Assembly: GCA_039028615.1 (NCBI GenBank)
Contig: JBCCHT010000040.1
Coordinates: 1 to 64,000, forward strand
DNA length: 64,000 bases
Reading direction: 5' to 3'
Origin: Myxococcota bacterium
Lineage (GTDB): Bacteria > Myxococcota_A > Polyangia > Nannocystales > Nannocystaceae
Part shown: piece by piece, positions 51,552 to 62,046 of the stretch
Layout of the letters: each line of letters begins with the position of its first letter
How positions within the stretch are numbered: the first letter of the stretch is position 1
The notes under the pieces: generated by a model
What the model saw: only the letters and a program-made list of their open reading frames with translations
The model's database searches: none
Told to the model about the DNA's origin: nothing
Program-made: the position numbers and the translations under genes

Positions 51552-52685
51552 ATGGGCGCTCTCAAGCATTCCGTAGCCAGTCCCGATCGGCAGTCGTACA
51601 TCTACGTACCGCGCTCGGTCGATCTGAACGTCGCGCGAGCGATCCGGGCGATGGTGGACCAAGGCGAGGGGCCGTCGCGGGAGCGGATCCGCAAGATCGT
51701 CGATCCGATGGGCTTCCGCAGCCTCCGGGGCGGCGCTCGGGCAGCGTTGATGGCTCCGACGTGGTTCGGGTTCACGGAGGAGGACAAACCGATGTTCGAG
51801 TTCATCGACGCCCAGTGCACGGCGGCGTTCGAACGGGCGCTGAAGCGTATCGCGTTCGAGAACGACGAGGGCCGCAACGGTCGTCGCATCCAGGGCGAGC
51901 TCGACAAGAAGGAGTCCGACTACGCGCTGAACAAGACCTCGGCCCGGGAGGCCGAGCGGGTCCGCCATCGCGAACGCCTGTGGAAGGAGTGCGGCATCTC
52001 GGGGGACCTGGAGTTCTCGCCGTGGATCGAACAGATCGATGGCTCTTTGGCCCACGACACGGAGGCGCAGGAGTACTTCGCGAAGCTCGGCGGTCGAACG
52101 ATCGACAACGTCGAGGTGTCCACGGCGAAGATGCGAAGAAAGCGGCACCAGGCCGGCTACACCCGGCAGCAGTGCCCGCTGGCGCTGGCGATTCGCGACA
52201 TCGTGCGCTGGCTGAACGGGGTCTCGGCGGAGAACGCCAAGGCCGGCTTCTTCGAGACGGTGCCCGAGCTGTTCGTGGGGGTGGACGAGATCTGGGCCGA
52301 GGGCCCCTTCGCGCTGAGCTGGGTGCGCGAGCTGGTCTTCTACGGCCACGGGCGATACGGCGAGACCGACGAGGCCGGGTTCAAGTTCGACAGCTCCATG
52401 CTGACCACCAGCGTCTTCAACGAGCCGAAGACGCAGGCCGAGCTGGCTCATGTGTCGCTGTTCATGGCCCCGGGGTCTTCGATCTTGTTGCAGGGCTGCG
52501 ACACGGGCTACGGCGCTCGCGGCAAGGAGTTCATGCACGCCTTTGCCCGCTGCATCTTCGGCAAGGACAAGTGGGGCTACATCCGAGCGAACCGCTATAT
52601 CTCGGAGGTCAACGAGAACACCCTGATCATGGGCTACAAGCCAGGCAGCCCCGTGACCTACAAGTATCCCGACGACTTCCGCTAG
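51552..52685 (+). CDS. Hypothetical protein with DUF4347-like / clan CD peptidase-like C-terminus
   Basis: LVFYGHG ... ILLQGCDTG His-Gly/Gly-Cys pattern and good codon bias. Start uncertain (51492-51552). Confidence 0.7.
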   Translation: MGALKHSVASPDRQSYIYVPRSVDLNVARAIRAMVDQGEGPSRERIRKIVDPMGFRSLRGGARAALMAPTWFGFTEEDKPMFEFIDAQCTAAFERALKRIAFENDEGRNGRRIQGELDKKESDYALNKTSAREAERVRHRERLWKECGISGDLEFSPWIEQIDGSLAHDTEAQEYFAKLGGRTIDNVEVSTAKMRRKRHQAGYTRQQCPLALAIRDIVRWLNGVSAENAKAGFFETVPELFVGVDEIWAEGPFALSWVRELVFYGHGRYGETDEAGFKFDSSMLTTSVFNEPKTQAELAHVSLFMAPGSSILLQGCDTGYGARGKEFMHAFARCIFGKDKWGYIRANRYISEVNENTLIMGYKPGSPVTYKYPDDFR

Positions 52686-52697
52686 CGGCTCGTCGCG

Positions 52698-53612
52698 TCA
52701 GTACTCGCCGACGCCGTTGGGGTCCCAGTCTTTGGGGATGGGCTTGCCGTTGCCCCACGTCTTGCCCGGCTCCGTCTGCAGGCCCAGCACGGGCACCGCG
52801 TACTCGAGCACGACCTTGCGCCACAGCTCTTCGCCCGGGTCGCCGCGGCGGCTGCGGGAGGACTGGCGATGGGCATGGATGTACTTGATGGGGCAGCCTT
52901 CCTTGCGCCCCTCTTCCATCAGCAGCTTCACCGCCATGCGGGAGGCCTCGATGACCTTGTCGGTCAGCGGCGTGGGCGGGCGGCCATTGGCGGTGCGGCC
53001 CCCGGCGAGGCCGGCATAGTTGCCGTCGATCTCGAGCCCGAGCGAGCGGCGATTGAGCGAGTTGGCGTGGTAGACGTACCAGCGCAGCGGCGCGGCCAAG
53101 GAGATGAAGCCGTCGTGGAAGGCGAGCGCATGGCAGGCCACCTTGAAGGCACGGCGGGCCAAGGCCATGTCGCGATCACCCCCGGCAGCGGAGATCTGGT
53201 AGCTCTTGACCCCGAACTTCACCGCCGTCTGGTGAATGGTGATCGCGTCGATGCTCGAGGCGCGGCGCTGGACGGTCCGGCCCGCGACGGTCTTGGATTT
53301 CTTGTGCGGGCTGTCGGCCTGTTCGCGTAGATCGTAGACCTTGACGCTGCCGACTCCGGTCGTGCCGCGACTGGACGGTGTCGCTCTCGGAGCGGGCGGT
53401 GGCGTGGCGGGTCGGTCGAGGGCCGTGAGGACTTCGGCGGGCACCCGGGGGTCCCAGTCGATGTTCTGGTCCTTGGCGAAGCGCTGGAGCGCTTCCCAGC
53501 ATTCGTCGCCAAAGTGGCCATCGCTGCCGAATCGCGGCAAGTCGTAGCCGCGACTCATGAGTGCCTTTTGGACTGACTTGACCCTACTGCCCTTGTCTCC
53601 GAACCGGACCAT
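52698..53612 (-). CDS. Peptidoglycan-binding domain + N-acetylmuramoyl-L-alanine amidase (Amidase_2)
   Basis: PG_binding_1 motif (GDKGSRVKSVQKAL...DGHFG...ALQRF) and amidase Zn motifs ITIHQTA, SLGLE and AHR...DPG. Confidence 0.88.
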   Translation of the reverse strand: MVRFGDKGSRVKSVQKALMSRGYDLPRFGSDGHFGDECWEALQRFAKDQNIDWDPRVPAEVLTALDRPATPPPAPRATPSSRGTTGVGSVKVYDLREQADSPHKKSKTVAGRTVQRRASSIDAITIHQTAVKFGVKSYQISAAGGDRDMALARRAFKVACHALAFHDGFISLAAPLRWYVYHANSLNRRSLGLEIDGNYAGLAGGRTANGRPPTPLTDKVIEASRMAVKLLMEEGRKEGCPIKYIHAHRQSSRSRRGDPGEELWRKVVLEYAVPVLGLQTEPGKTWGNGKPIPKDWDPNGVGEY

Positions 53613-53699
53613 GCTGTGACCACCCCTTTGCTGCGCCGCGAATCAATCGGCAGCTCAGCATCGCACGCGGTCCTCCCCGTGCTCAACCCGGTGGCGCGT

Positions 53700-55622
53700 T
53701 CAGTATCGAATCTCGGTGCGGAACCACAGGGCGCCAACCGGTCCGCCGGCCTCACCTTGGGCGTTGGCCATGCCGGCTCCCGGGAACAGCACCGCGCCCT
53801 GCAGACCAGCTTGGAGCCACAGGCCGTCCAACTCGAAGCGGCCGCGGAGCCCGAGGTCGAGCTCGGTCCCGTAGTACCGCCGATGTCCGTCGCCCCCGAG
53901 CGACGTGGTTGGCTGACCACCGTTGAGCTGCGCCGCGTAGGGGTCCACGATGGGGTTGGGTGCTGCGGCCACCAGCGGGCCGCCCCAGACCTCGAGCCGC
54001 TCGCGGAAGGCCCAGCGGGCCTTGGGGTGCACATAGAGCGCGTTACTGACCCCGCCACGAGTCGGGATGAACTGGGTGCCGTTGCTCGGCACGCCGGTCA
54101 GGACGGGGTCGTTGGCGAGGATCTCCGAGCGAGCGGTCCGCCAGCCCATCACCTGATTGAACATGATGAGCCCGACGGTGTGGCCCGCATCGAAGGTGAA
54201 GTTGTTGATCGAGCGGTCGTCGGGATTGCCGTCGCCACTGGCGTAGCCGGCATCGAAGCCCGCGAGCCAGTGCTGGTGATCGCCGAGATAGCCTCGCAGC
54301 ACCGCGCCGCCCTGGACCACCGCGTGGTCGCCTCGCTCGTCGCGAGCATTGTCGGTCCGGCCCACGATGAGCGCCCCCTCGAACGCGCCCATGAGCTGGA
54401 AGCCGCTGCGCACCCGGTACAGCCCCTGGCCCGTGAGGTCGAAGGCCCCGACCTCGAGGTCGTCGTCGTCGGGGTACAGGTCGTCGTCGTCGACCGTTCG
54501 CTGGCGCCGGTACACCGCGTAGCCGCCCAGCGAGTTGCCCGGGTGCCGGGAGGAGTCGTGGCGGATCACCAGCAGCGCCTGGCCGGCCAGGTCGCCCCGT
54601 GTCAGCTGCACACGTTCGTCGCGGAACACGAGGTCGCCACCCACCGCGAACACGAGGTCACGCAACCGCCCGCCGCCGGGGGCAAAGGGCTTGGTGGCGA
54701 GCAGCACCCGCTCGTAGATGTCACCCAGGCTGTCGCCGCCGAAGCGCATGTCGCCGAAGCGGTCGACGTTGTTGCCGTCGTTGGCCAGCATGCCCTGGCC
54801 CCACGTGAACGACTGCTGCCCTGCCCGAATGACGATGTAGGGGGTGGTGAAGGTCGCGTACAGCTCGCGAGGATCGAGCAGGAGCTGCTGGGTGTGCCCC
54901 GGGGGTTGGCCAGTGACGATGATCTCGTCGAGGACGGGATCGGTGCTGCCGATGGGGGCCCAGGCGCCATTGATGAAGTCGACGTTGCCGACGACCTCGA
55001 GCCAGTTGGACCACGACAGCTTCGGGTTCCACCGCAGCCGCCCGGTGGTGCGTGCCCCTTCCCGGTACACCTCGCCGGTTCGGTCGAGCGGGAAGTCGGA
55101 GGTCCAGCCGATCTGGTTACGCAGCTGCAGGCCGGGCTGGAAGCGGAGGCGGCCCTTCTCGAGCACCGCGACCTCGTCGGCGGGGTAGCCCCGGATCGCC
55201 GACAGCACCCGCGGCATGGTGCGAATCCCGGGCACGGGCTGGATGGTCATGACGCCGTCCGAAGACTCGGTCGGCTCCGCCTCGGGGGCGGGTGGCTCGA
55301 GCTCGATGCAGCGCGAGCCTTCCGGGCAGTGCTCCAGCCGAGGCGGCGAGTCCATGTCGAGCAGCGGCGGCGCGGGCCGGGGCTCGGGCTCGGGACCATC
55401 GACGGCGGTGGGACCCTCGTAGTCGCGCTGCGGCGAATCGGGCTCGCTCTCGACCGGCGGCTGGGCGGGGGCCTCGGGCTCGGCTTCGGCCACAGACGGG
55501 GCCTGAGCGTCCGTTTGCGGCCCTTCGGCTTCGGGGGCTGGCTCGGCCGCGCTCGCTGGGGGCTCGGAGTCCCCCGTCGGGGGGGCGAGCAGGGCGAGCA
55601 GCAGCAACGGCGAACCCAGCAT
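53700..55622 (-). CDS. Outer-membrane beta-barrel protein of unknown specificity
   Basis: Signal peptide, Pro-rich linker, amphipathic beta strands (RELYA, IRAGQQSFTWGQG, GYASGD, GTELDL) and terminal aromatic residue (TEIRY). Confidence 0.82.
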   Translation of the reverse strand: MLGSPLLLLALLAPPTGDSEPPASAAEPAPEAEGPQTDAQAPSVAEAEPEAPAQPPVESEPDSPQRDYEGPTAVDGPEPEPRPAPPLLDMDSPPRLEHCPEGSRCIELEPPAPEAEPTESSDGVMTIQPVPGIRTMPRVLSAIRGYPADEVAVLEKGRLRFQPGLQLRNQIGWTSDFPLDRTGEVYREGARTTGRLRWNPKLSWSNWLEVVGNVDFINGAWAPIGSTDPVLDEIIVTGQPPGHTQQLLLDPRELYATFTTPYIVIRAGQQSFTWGQGMLANDGNNVDRFGDMRFGGDSLGDIYERVLLATKPFAPGGGRLRDLVFAVGGDLVFRDERVQLTRGDLAGQALLVIRHDSSRHPGNSLGGYAVYRRQRTVDDDDLYPDDDDLEVGAFDLTGQGLYRVRSGFQLMGAFEGALIVGRTDNARDERGDHAVVQGGAVLRGYLGDHQHWLAGFDAGYASGDGNPDDRSINNFTFDAGHTVGLIMFNQVMGWRTARSEILANDPVLTGVPSNGTQFIPTRGGVSNALYVHPKARWAFRERLEVWGGPLVAAAPNPIVDPYAAQLNGGQPTTSLGGDGHRRYYGTELDLGLRGRFELDGLWLQAGLQGAVLFPGAGMANAQGEAGGPVGALWFRTEIRY

Positions 55623-55651
55623 CGCCGTCACGCTAACACGGCGCCAGTGTT

Positions 55652-58129
55652 TTAGGTCGATGCGTCGGCCTCGGCTGCACTCGACGACGCGGCCCCTCGC
55701 ACGAGTCGGGACGTGCACAGCGGCAAGATCAGGTAGCACCCTGCCCCGATGAGCAGCGTTACGTTGATGCCCCATGCCATGGAGGAGGTCAGCGCGAGAC
55801 CGCTGGCCACCACGCCGCACGCCCCGTTGATGCCCCACATCCAGGGGCCCAAGGGGGGACGGTCTTCACCACCGAGGCGCTCGACCAGCTGAAGTCCGAG
55901 CGGGAAGCCCAGGCCCAAGCCGAGGGCAGGCACGGCCACGAGCCCGAGTCCCACCAGCACGCGCACCCCGGGGGCGGCGGCCTTGAAGTTGCCCATGAGC
56001 GGGTCGAGCAACGCCGCGGACAGCAGCACCAACGCGGTGGGCAGCAAGGGGTAGAGCCTAGCCACCCACGGGCGCATCAGCGGGATGCGACCGCTGAAGA
56101 GGCTGCCGATGCCAGTAAACAAGATGATCCCGCCCAGCAGCACGGCCAGGGCCAAGGTGGGGTGCCCCAGGAACACGTTGAGCCGCGACAGCAGGCCGAT
56201 CTCCACGAACATGAAGCCCAGGCCGATGAGCGCGAAGTAGGAGCTGGCTGCCGCGACGTCGAGCCCGGCGTAGGGCGACAGGTCGCGCCGCCGCGACCAC
56301 AGGGGCGCGAGCACGGCGATGAGCGTGAGCAGGGCGCTGATGGCCGTGGCGTAGACCAGGGTCTGGGTGGCGTGCAGGTTGCCCAAAAACGCGTAGTCGA
56401 GCTCGTCCACCTCTTCGGGCTGCGACAGCCAGGTGGCGGGCTTGATCATGTTGAAGAAGAACGGGCGCGCGTCGGTGGGCGGGGTGAGATCGAGGGTCTG
56501 GCTCTCGGCCCAGGCCCACATCGCCTTGCGGTCGGGTACCTCGGCCAGCTCCTTGAGCATGGGGTTGAGGGGCACCCGCTTGGGCGACAGCAACATGTTG
56601 AAGCCCCGCTTGACCGCCTCGCGCCGCATCGTCTGGATGTCGGTATTGGTGAACGGCTTGGGCGTGACCAGGATGGTCGCGATGTTGTTGTTCTGCAGCA
56701 TCATGATGTGCTGCCGTGGTTTCTCGACGCCCAGCGACCACAGGGTCTCCATGGCCAGGGCCAGCATGCGCGCGGTCTCGCCGGGCGAGTCGGGCTTGTA
56801 CCAGCGCGAGACGGTGAAGATCCCGGTGGGCGTCAGCCGTCGCAAGAAGATCTGCCAGCCCTGCACCGTGTACAGGCCGTTTTCCGACAGCGAGTATGCG
56901 CCCGCGCCCGTGGAGGCCCAGGTGTCGATGAGCGACATGGTCAGCACGTCGTAGCGCTGCTTGTCGCGAGCGAAGTACGAGCGCGCCTCGTCGTTGACCA
57001 GCTTCACCCCCGGCAGGTCGGCGATGCCCGAGAACTCGCGCATCGGCCCTTCGTGCAGGTCGACGATGAGTGCGTTGAGCTCCAGGCCGATGACGGGGGA
57101 GTGGCCGACCCGGGCGGCTTCGAGCACGTCTCGGCCTCCGCCCACGCCGATCACCGCGGCGGGGCCAGTGGGGCGCAACAGGTGCGCGAAGGAGGTCACG
57201 TCCCACGACAGGTACTCGTGGTCGGCGGCCGAGCCCGGCTGGTCGTCGGTGGGATCGCGATCGAAGCTCGCCATCACCGTGCCCGCGGCCCCGTCGATCT
57301 TCATGCCGCGCTGGGGCAGGGGCTGCAGGACCTCGAGCGGGGTCAGTCGTCCGCCTGCCCACAAAAGCGGGGGCATGGCGATGGTGTGGTCCACCGTGAC
57401 GCGCGAGTAGGTGTTCCAGCCCTTGAACAGGAACTGGGTCGCGGACTCGTCGTCGCCCTTGACCGAGCGCGCGCGCAGCATGGGGCTGTCGATGGTGGCG
57501 TTGACCAGGCCGAGGGCGAGCAGGGCCAGGCCCAGGCCGCCCGCGAGCTTGCGGTGCTTGGGGGCCTCGGCGTCGTCACGGGCGCTGGCGAAGGCGAAGC
57601 CGGCCACGGCGGCGAGGGCCGAGGCGATGAGCACCGCGCTCGGGGCATCGAGCACGTCGAGCAGGGGAATGACCAGGCCGCAGCCCGCCGCCGCCCCGAC
57701 CAGATCGACGCCGTAGACCTTGCCCGGGGGCAGGCCCGCGCGAGTGAGCACGAGGGTCAGCACCACGCCGCTGATGGTGAACGGCACGGCCAGCGCTCCG
57801 CCGTAGCCGAGCATGGACATGAAGCCCTCGGCGGAGGTGATCGGCTGCAGCGGGATCATCAGCGCGACCGCGACCGCCAGCGGTGCGGTCGCGGCCAGGG
57901 CCAGGCAGCCCTGGGTCGCGCGGCGGGGCACCTGCTCGTCGGAGAAGGTCGCCGGGCGCACGAACACGATCACCGCGCCCGCGGTCATGCCCAGCATCGC
58001 CAGCGAGATGACGAAGAAGGCGAGGTGATACCAAGCGACCACGCTGGTGATGCGGGTCAGCAGGATCTCCAGCACCAGGGTGGCCAACGCGACGAGGAAG
58101 ACACCTACATAGGTCTTGCGATGATCCAT
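55652..58129 (-). CDS. Polytopic membrane protein with central spermidine-synthase-like SAM-binding domain
   Basis: N- and C-terminal TM bundles (LEILLTR, YGVDLVGAAAG, GLGFMFVEI, WGING), central VIGVGGGRDV, DEARSY, SENGLYT and PPTDARPFF. Confidence 0.88.
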   Translation of the reverse strand: MDHRKTYVGVFLVALATLVLEILLTRITSVVAWYHLAFFVISLAMLGMTAGAVIVFVRPATFSDEQVPRRATQGCLALAATAPLAVAVALMIPLQPITSAEGFMSMLGYGGALAVPFTISGVVLTLVLTRAGLPPGKVYGVDLVGAAAGCGLVIPLLDVLDAPSAVLIASALAAVAGFAFASARDDAEAPKHRKLAGGLGLALLALGLVNATIDSPMLRARSVKGDDESATQFLFKGWNTYSRVTVDHTIAMPPLLWAGGRLTPLEVLQPLPQRGMKIDGAAGTVMASFDRDPTDDQPGSAADHEYLSWDVTSFAHLLRPTGPAAVIGVGGGRDVLEAARVGHSPVIGLELNALIVDLHEGPMREFSGIADLPGVKLVNDEARSYFARDKQRYDVLTMSLIDTWASTGAGAYSLSENGLYTVQGWQIFLRRLTPTGIFTVSRWYKPDSPGETARMLALAMETLWSLGVEKPRQHIMMLQNNNIATILVTPKPFTNTDIQTMRREAVKRGFNMLLSPKRVPLNPMLKELAEVPDRKAMWAWAESQTLDLTPPTDARPFFFNMIKPATWLSQPEEVDELDYAFLGNLHATQTLVYATAISALLTLIAVLAPLWSRRRDLSPYAGLDVAAASSYFALIGLGFMFVEIGLLSRLNVFLGHPTLALAVLLGGIILFTGIGSLFSGRIPLMRPWVARLYPLLPTALVLLSAALLDPLMGNFKAAAPGVRVLVGLGLVAVPALGLGLGFPLGLQLVERLGGEDRPPLGPWMWGINGACGVVASGLALTSSMAWGINVTLLIGAGCYLILPLCTSRLVRGAASSSAAEADAST

Positions 58130-58268
58130 GGAGCGACCGGGCCGGAGGATACGGCAACGGCCCGCGCCGTGGCGAATCCGAGCCCGCGCGACAAACGCAG
58201 GCCGTGCACGGCCCGTGGCCGGGGCTCCCGGTCGATCGTTGAAAGATGTCTCGCCGCCGTGATCGACC

Positions 58269-59753
58269 TCAGTACGTGAACAGACAGCGCGTCAGTGGGA
58301 TGCCGACGTCGCGGGTCACGTACAGGTAGTAGTCCTCGCCGGGGGTCAGAGCCGCGGGGGTTCCTTCGGCGGGGAAGCGCTGGCTCATGCCGTTGGGCGC
58401 CTGTCCGTACACGATGTCGCCCGACGCGATCGGGGTGCCGGTCGACGGCACGTCGACGCGCCAGCGGGTGCCCTCAGGCAGGTCGAGGTTGGGGGGCACG
58501 GTGGGATTGGCCGCGCCGGCATCCAGCACGTAGACATAGCGGGCATCGGCGCCCTCCCACGTGATGCGACCGTTGCGATCGACGCCCTCGCCGTTTTCAC
58601 ACGCGCCGGGCTCGTACACCATCTGGTCGTAGAGCGGGCCGCCGAAGGGCGCGTTGTCGGCGAAGCTCTCCTCGGTACGGCCGCGGCGCTCGAGCTCGGC
58701 GATGAAGAAGGCCACCATGCGCTGGGGATCGGTGGTGGGGAAGCCGGAGTGGACGCGGTCGAAGCCGTTGTTGTCCTCGGGGTCGTAGGCCCCGAACGAG
58801 GTGGAGTCGATCCAGCCCGCGCCCAAGGCCAAGCCCGTGTCCTTGAACCCGTTCATGAAGTTGCCGGGCTGGTCCGTGTACCAATTCGAGGGGCCGATGG
58901 GCGTGCCCGACTCGGTGTGGCAGCAGGTGCACGCGCTCGACTCGATCTGGTTGCGGACCCAGGTCAGCTCGGCGACATAGGTCTCGTCCTCGAGGCGCTC
59001 GTCTTCTTGGTCGAAGCCTTCGGCAGGGGGAGCGGGGTAGTAGGGGCGCTGGGTTCGGACGACGTCACACGAGGCGTAGTCGACGAACTTGCGGCCTTCC
59101 TCGGTCGCGCCGGAGATCGACTGCCATGTGCAGACCTGGCCGTCGGGGCCGTTGCCCGGCCCCTCCCCCGCGATGGGGTCCTGGCACTCGAGGGTGGGCT
59201 GGATGAAGACGTTGCCGCTGGGGCCGTCGCCCGGGTCGTCCTCGCAGGCGGGCGACGGGTTCCAGTCACCGCCGCCGAAGTTCTCGCAGCCGAGCTGCTG
59301 GTCGGCGCAGGTGCCCGGGTCGTCGCCGTAGATGTAGATGCTGGTGCGCCGCCCCGCGTCGTCGGTCAGCTCGCAGTTGCCGAGCAGGCCGTCGGGAGCG
59401 CACGGCACGGCCAGCTCCAGGTCGCCGCTCCACTGGTCGCAGTCGGCGGTGACGTCGGCCTCCGTCCAGTCGTCTCCGGTGTACTCGCGACACTCGTCGC
59501 CCTGGGTGAACACGCTCGTGTAGTTGCAGCTCGCGAACACCTCGGCTTGGCCACCATCGTCGCCGCCGCTGCTGTCGTCGGCCGACGCGTCGTCGCCCGA
59601 GGTCTGCTCTTCGCTGCCGTCCGAGTCGGCCTCGGGCGTCGCCGCCGTCTCGTCGCCGCACGCCGCCAAGGTCAGCGAGGTCGCGACCAGGAGCAACGCG
59701 CGTCGGAGGGGTTCGTCGGAACGGGAGAGCAGAGGCAGATTGCGCAGTTTCAT
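58269..59753 (-). CDS. Cys-rich lipoprotein with possible heme-binding CxxCH
   Basis: Lipobox LAA-C, acidic linker, many Cys residues and CTCCH. Confidence 0.78.
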   Translation of the reverse strand: MKLRNLPLLSRSDEPLRRALLLVATSLTLAACGDETAATPEADSDGSEEQTSGDDASADDSSGGDDGGQAEVFASCNYTSVFTQGDECREYTGDDWTEADVTADCDQWSGDLELAVPCAPDGLLGNCELTDDAGRRTSIYIYGDDPGTCADQQLGCENFGGGDWNPSPACEDDPGDGPSGNVFIQPTLECQDPIAGEGPGNGPDGQVCTWQSISGATEEGRKFVDYASCDVVRTQRPYYPAPPAEGFDQEDERLEDETYVAELTWVRNQIESSACTCCHTESGTPIGPSNWYTDQPGNFMNGFKDTGLALGAGWIDSTSFGAYDPEDNNGFDRVHSGFPTTDPQRMVAFFIAELERRGRTEESFADNAPFGGPLYDQMVYEPGACENGEGVDRNGRITWEGADARYVYVLDAGAANPTVPPNLDLPEGTRWRVDVPSTGTPIASGDIVYGQAPNGMSQRFPAEGTPAALTPGEDYYLYVTRDVGIPLTRCLFTY

Positions 59754-59933
59754 GGCGAGTGAGGGGCCGGAGGACAGCTGCCCGGGTCTGTGCGTGACGT
59801 TTCCCCGACCGGCAACGAAATCACTCGGAGGTCGCCGTATTCGTAGGCTGGCGCCCATTTTCCGCGGCGCTTCGTGAAACGACGCATTCGCGCTGGCGCG
59901 ACGAACGCGAGCCAACGACCTTACAATCGCCGC

Positions 59934-61382
59934 GTGTGGAGACCTCCGCAGCGGATTCGGCACCCCCTTCCTCCTGGTGCCTGGCCCGACGCCGAACGAG
60001 CCGGTGCCTCGCGTTGGTTTTCCCCCGTGACTCTAGGTCCGCTGACCTTGGAGCAGCGCACCTGGGTGCCGGCCATGGTGCCCTGGCGCGCGACCGAGGG
60101 CGGACTGGTCACCCCCGACGTGTTGGACTGGTACGCCCGATTCGCGCGCGGTCGACCGGGCGCGATCGTGGTCGAAGCCACGGGGATCCGCGACATCCCC
60201 AGCGGGCCGCTGCTGCGGATCGGCCACGAGCGCTTCTTGCCCGGCCTGCGCGATCTGGTGCGGGTGGTGCAGGAGGCGAGCGAGGGCCACACGCGGCTGC
60301 TGATTCAGATCATCGACTTTCTACGGATCCGTCGGCGCCCCGAGCCCGAGAAGTTCCTGCGGCGTTTTCTGGCGATCACCGACCGCCATCGGGCGGCGCT
60401 GCCCAAGGCGGGCGATGACGATGCCATCCGCGACGCGCTGGTGGCCATGTCCGACGACGAGCGGGCCGAGGTCCTCGATGAGCGCGAGCTCCAGGCGCTG
60501 CGCTACGGCGCGCGCGAGCGGGTGACCGACCTGCAGCATCCGCACATCCGGGACCTCCCCGCGGTCTTGCCCGACCTGTTCGCGAAGGCGGCCGGCCGGG
60601 CCCGCGAGGCGGGCTTCGACGGGGTCGAGCTGCACTACGCCCACGCCTACACGATGGCGTCGTTCCTCTCGCGTCGAAACACGCGCGACGACGGCTACGG
60701 CGGGCCGCGAGAGCAGCGGGCCCGCCTGCCGCTGGAGGTCTACGAGCGCGTCCGGGCCGAGGTCGGCGACGACTACTGCGTGGGCTGTCGCTACTTGGGC
60801 GACGAGGCGATCGACGGCGGCACCGGGCCCGACGACGCGGCGTACTTCGGTGAGCGCTTCGCGGCGGCGGGCATGGATTTCCTGTCGCTGTCCCGCGGCG
60901 GCAAGTTCGAGGATGCGCTCCAGCCCAAGGTGGGGTGGTCGGCCTACCCGTATACCGGTCCGAGCGGCTACGAGTGCATGCCCACCGTGCATTCGGACGA
61001 GCGCGGGCCCTTCGGGCGCAACGTGTCCACGGCGACGATGATCCGCGAACGGATCCGCGCCGCGGGACACGAGACACCCGTGGTCGTGGCGGGCGGCATC
61101 TGTGCCTTCGAGCAAGCAGAGGCGCTGCTCGAGCAGGGCCAGGCCGACGTGGTGGGCGCGGCCCGGCAGACCCTGGCCGACCCCGATTGGTTCCGCAAGG
61201 TGCACCTGGGGCGCGGCGAGCAGGTGCGGCGCTGCAAGTACACCAACTACTGCGAGGCGCTCGACCAAAAGCACAAGCAGGTCACCTGCCAGCTGTGGGA
61301 TCGCGAAGCGCTGGACGAGCCCGACGTACCGCTGGCCCAAGACGGCCGACGCCGCCTGATCGCGCCGCGATGGGACGAGTGA
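59934..61382 (+). CDS. NADH:flavin oxidoreductase (old yellow enzyme family) with C-terminal Cys cluster
   Basis: VPAM, AGFDGVELHYAHAY...FLS..NTRDDGYGG, ARQTLADPDW and C-x5-C-x11-C near the C-terminus. Confidence 0.92.
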   Translation: MWRPPQRIRHPLPPGAWPDAERAGASRWFSPVTLGPLTLEQRTWVPAMVPWRATEGGLVTPDVLDWYARFARGRPGAIVVEATGIRDIPSGPLLRIGHERFLPGLRDLVRVVQEASEGHTRLLIQIIDFLRIRRRPEPEKFLRRFLAITDRHRAALPKAGDDDAIRDALVAMSDDERAEVLDERELQALRYGARERVTDLQHPHIRDLPAVLPDLFAKAAGRAREAGFDGVELHYAHAYTMASFLSRRNTRDDGYGGPREQRARLPLEVYERVRAEVGDDYCVGCRYLGDEAIDGGTGPDDAAYFGERFAAAGMDFLSLSRGGKFEDALQPKVGWSAYPYTGPSGYECMPTVHSDERGPFGRNVSTATMIRERIRAAGHETPVVVAGGICAFEQAEALLEQGQADVVGAARQTLADPDWFRKVHLGRGEQVRRCKYTNYCEALDQKHKQVTCQLWDREALDEPDVPLAQDGRRRLIAPRWDE

Positions 61383-61386
61383 GTCG

Positions 61387-62046
61387 GTGAGCGGGCGCGT
61401 GCTCGTCATGGGGGTCGTGGTCGGGTGCACGGTGGCGTGCGCCGGGTCGGGAGGCTCGCGAGGTAGCCGTGAACCCGCCTTCGAGGAGGGCGAGTGCCTG
61501 GCGAGCTTCGAGGTGGAGCACGAGCACTCGCCGCTGGTCGAGCAGGGCGAGCTGGGCATGCCCGCGGCCGGCTTCCAGGTTCGGTTTCCCGCGGCGGAGA
61601 TCGACGGGCAGGCGCAGCGCCCGGTCACGGCGGTGTCCCGCGCGACGCTGGAGGGGCAACCCGTGGTGTGGTTCTCGCCGCAGATCGACGCGGTGGTGCT
61701 CGACGCCCGGGCCTTTGCTCCGCTGCACGGGGTCGACCCGACGCGGAGCCCGGTGGGGCAGGCGTTTCGCGTCGGTCGGGTCACGGCGGCCGCTCGCGAA
61801 GCCTTCGGGGAGCGGGGCCTGACCGAGCTGTTGGTGCGCAGCGGGGTGATCCAGACCTACTGGTACTCGGGCGCCGCGCTGTGTCTGGCCGCCGAGGACT
61901 CCTCGACTCCAGACTATCGCGCGAAGTGGCACGGGGTTCATCGCGGTGCGCCTCGCAAGGCTGACGCGGAGCCCTTCGCCTTCGGCGTGACCATCGACGA
62001 TGCGGGCATCATTCATGTCACCCGCGGGGGCGTGCCCAACCCGTGA
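61387..62046 (+). CDS. Hypothetical lipoprotein
   Basis: Signal peptide with lipobox TVA-C; sandwiched in an operon with short gaps/overlaps. Confidence 0.68.
   Translation: MSGRVLVMGVVVGCTVACAGSGGSRGSREPAFEEGECLASFEVEHEHSPLVEQGELGMPAAGFQVRFPAAEIDGQAQRPVTAVSRATLEGQPVVWFSPQIDAVVLDARAFAPLHGVDPTRSPVGQAFRVGRVTAAAREAFGERGLTELLVRSGVIQTYWYSGAALCLAAEDSSTPDYRAKWHGVHRGAPRKADAEPFAFGVTIDDAGIIHVTRGGVPNP

Noticed and set aside
52698..53612. Prophage lysis cassette
   Set aside because: No holin, structural or integrase genes are nearby.
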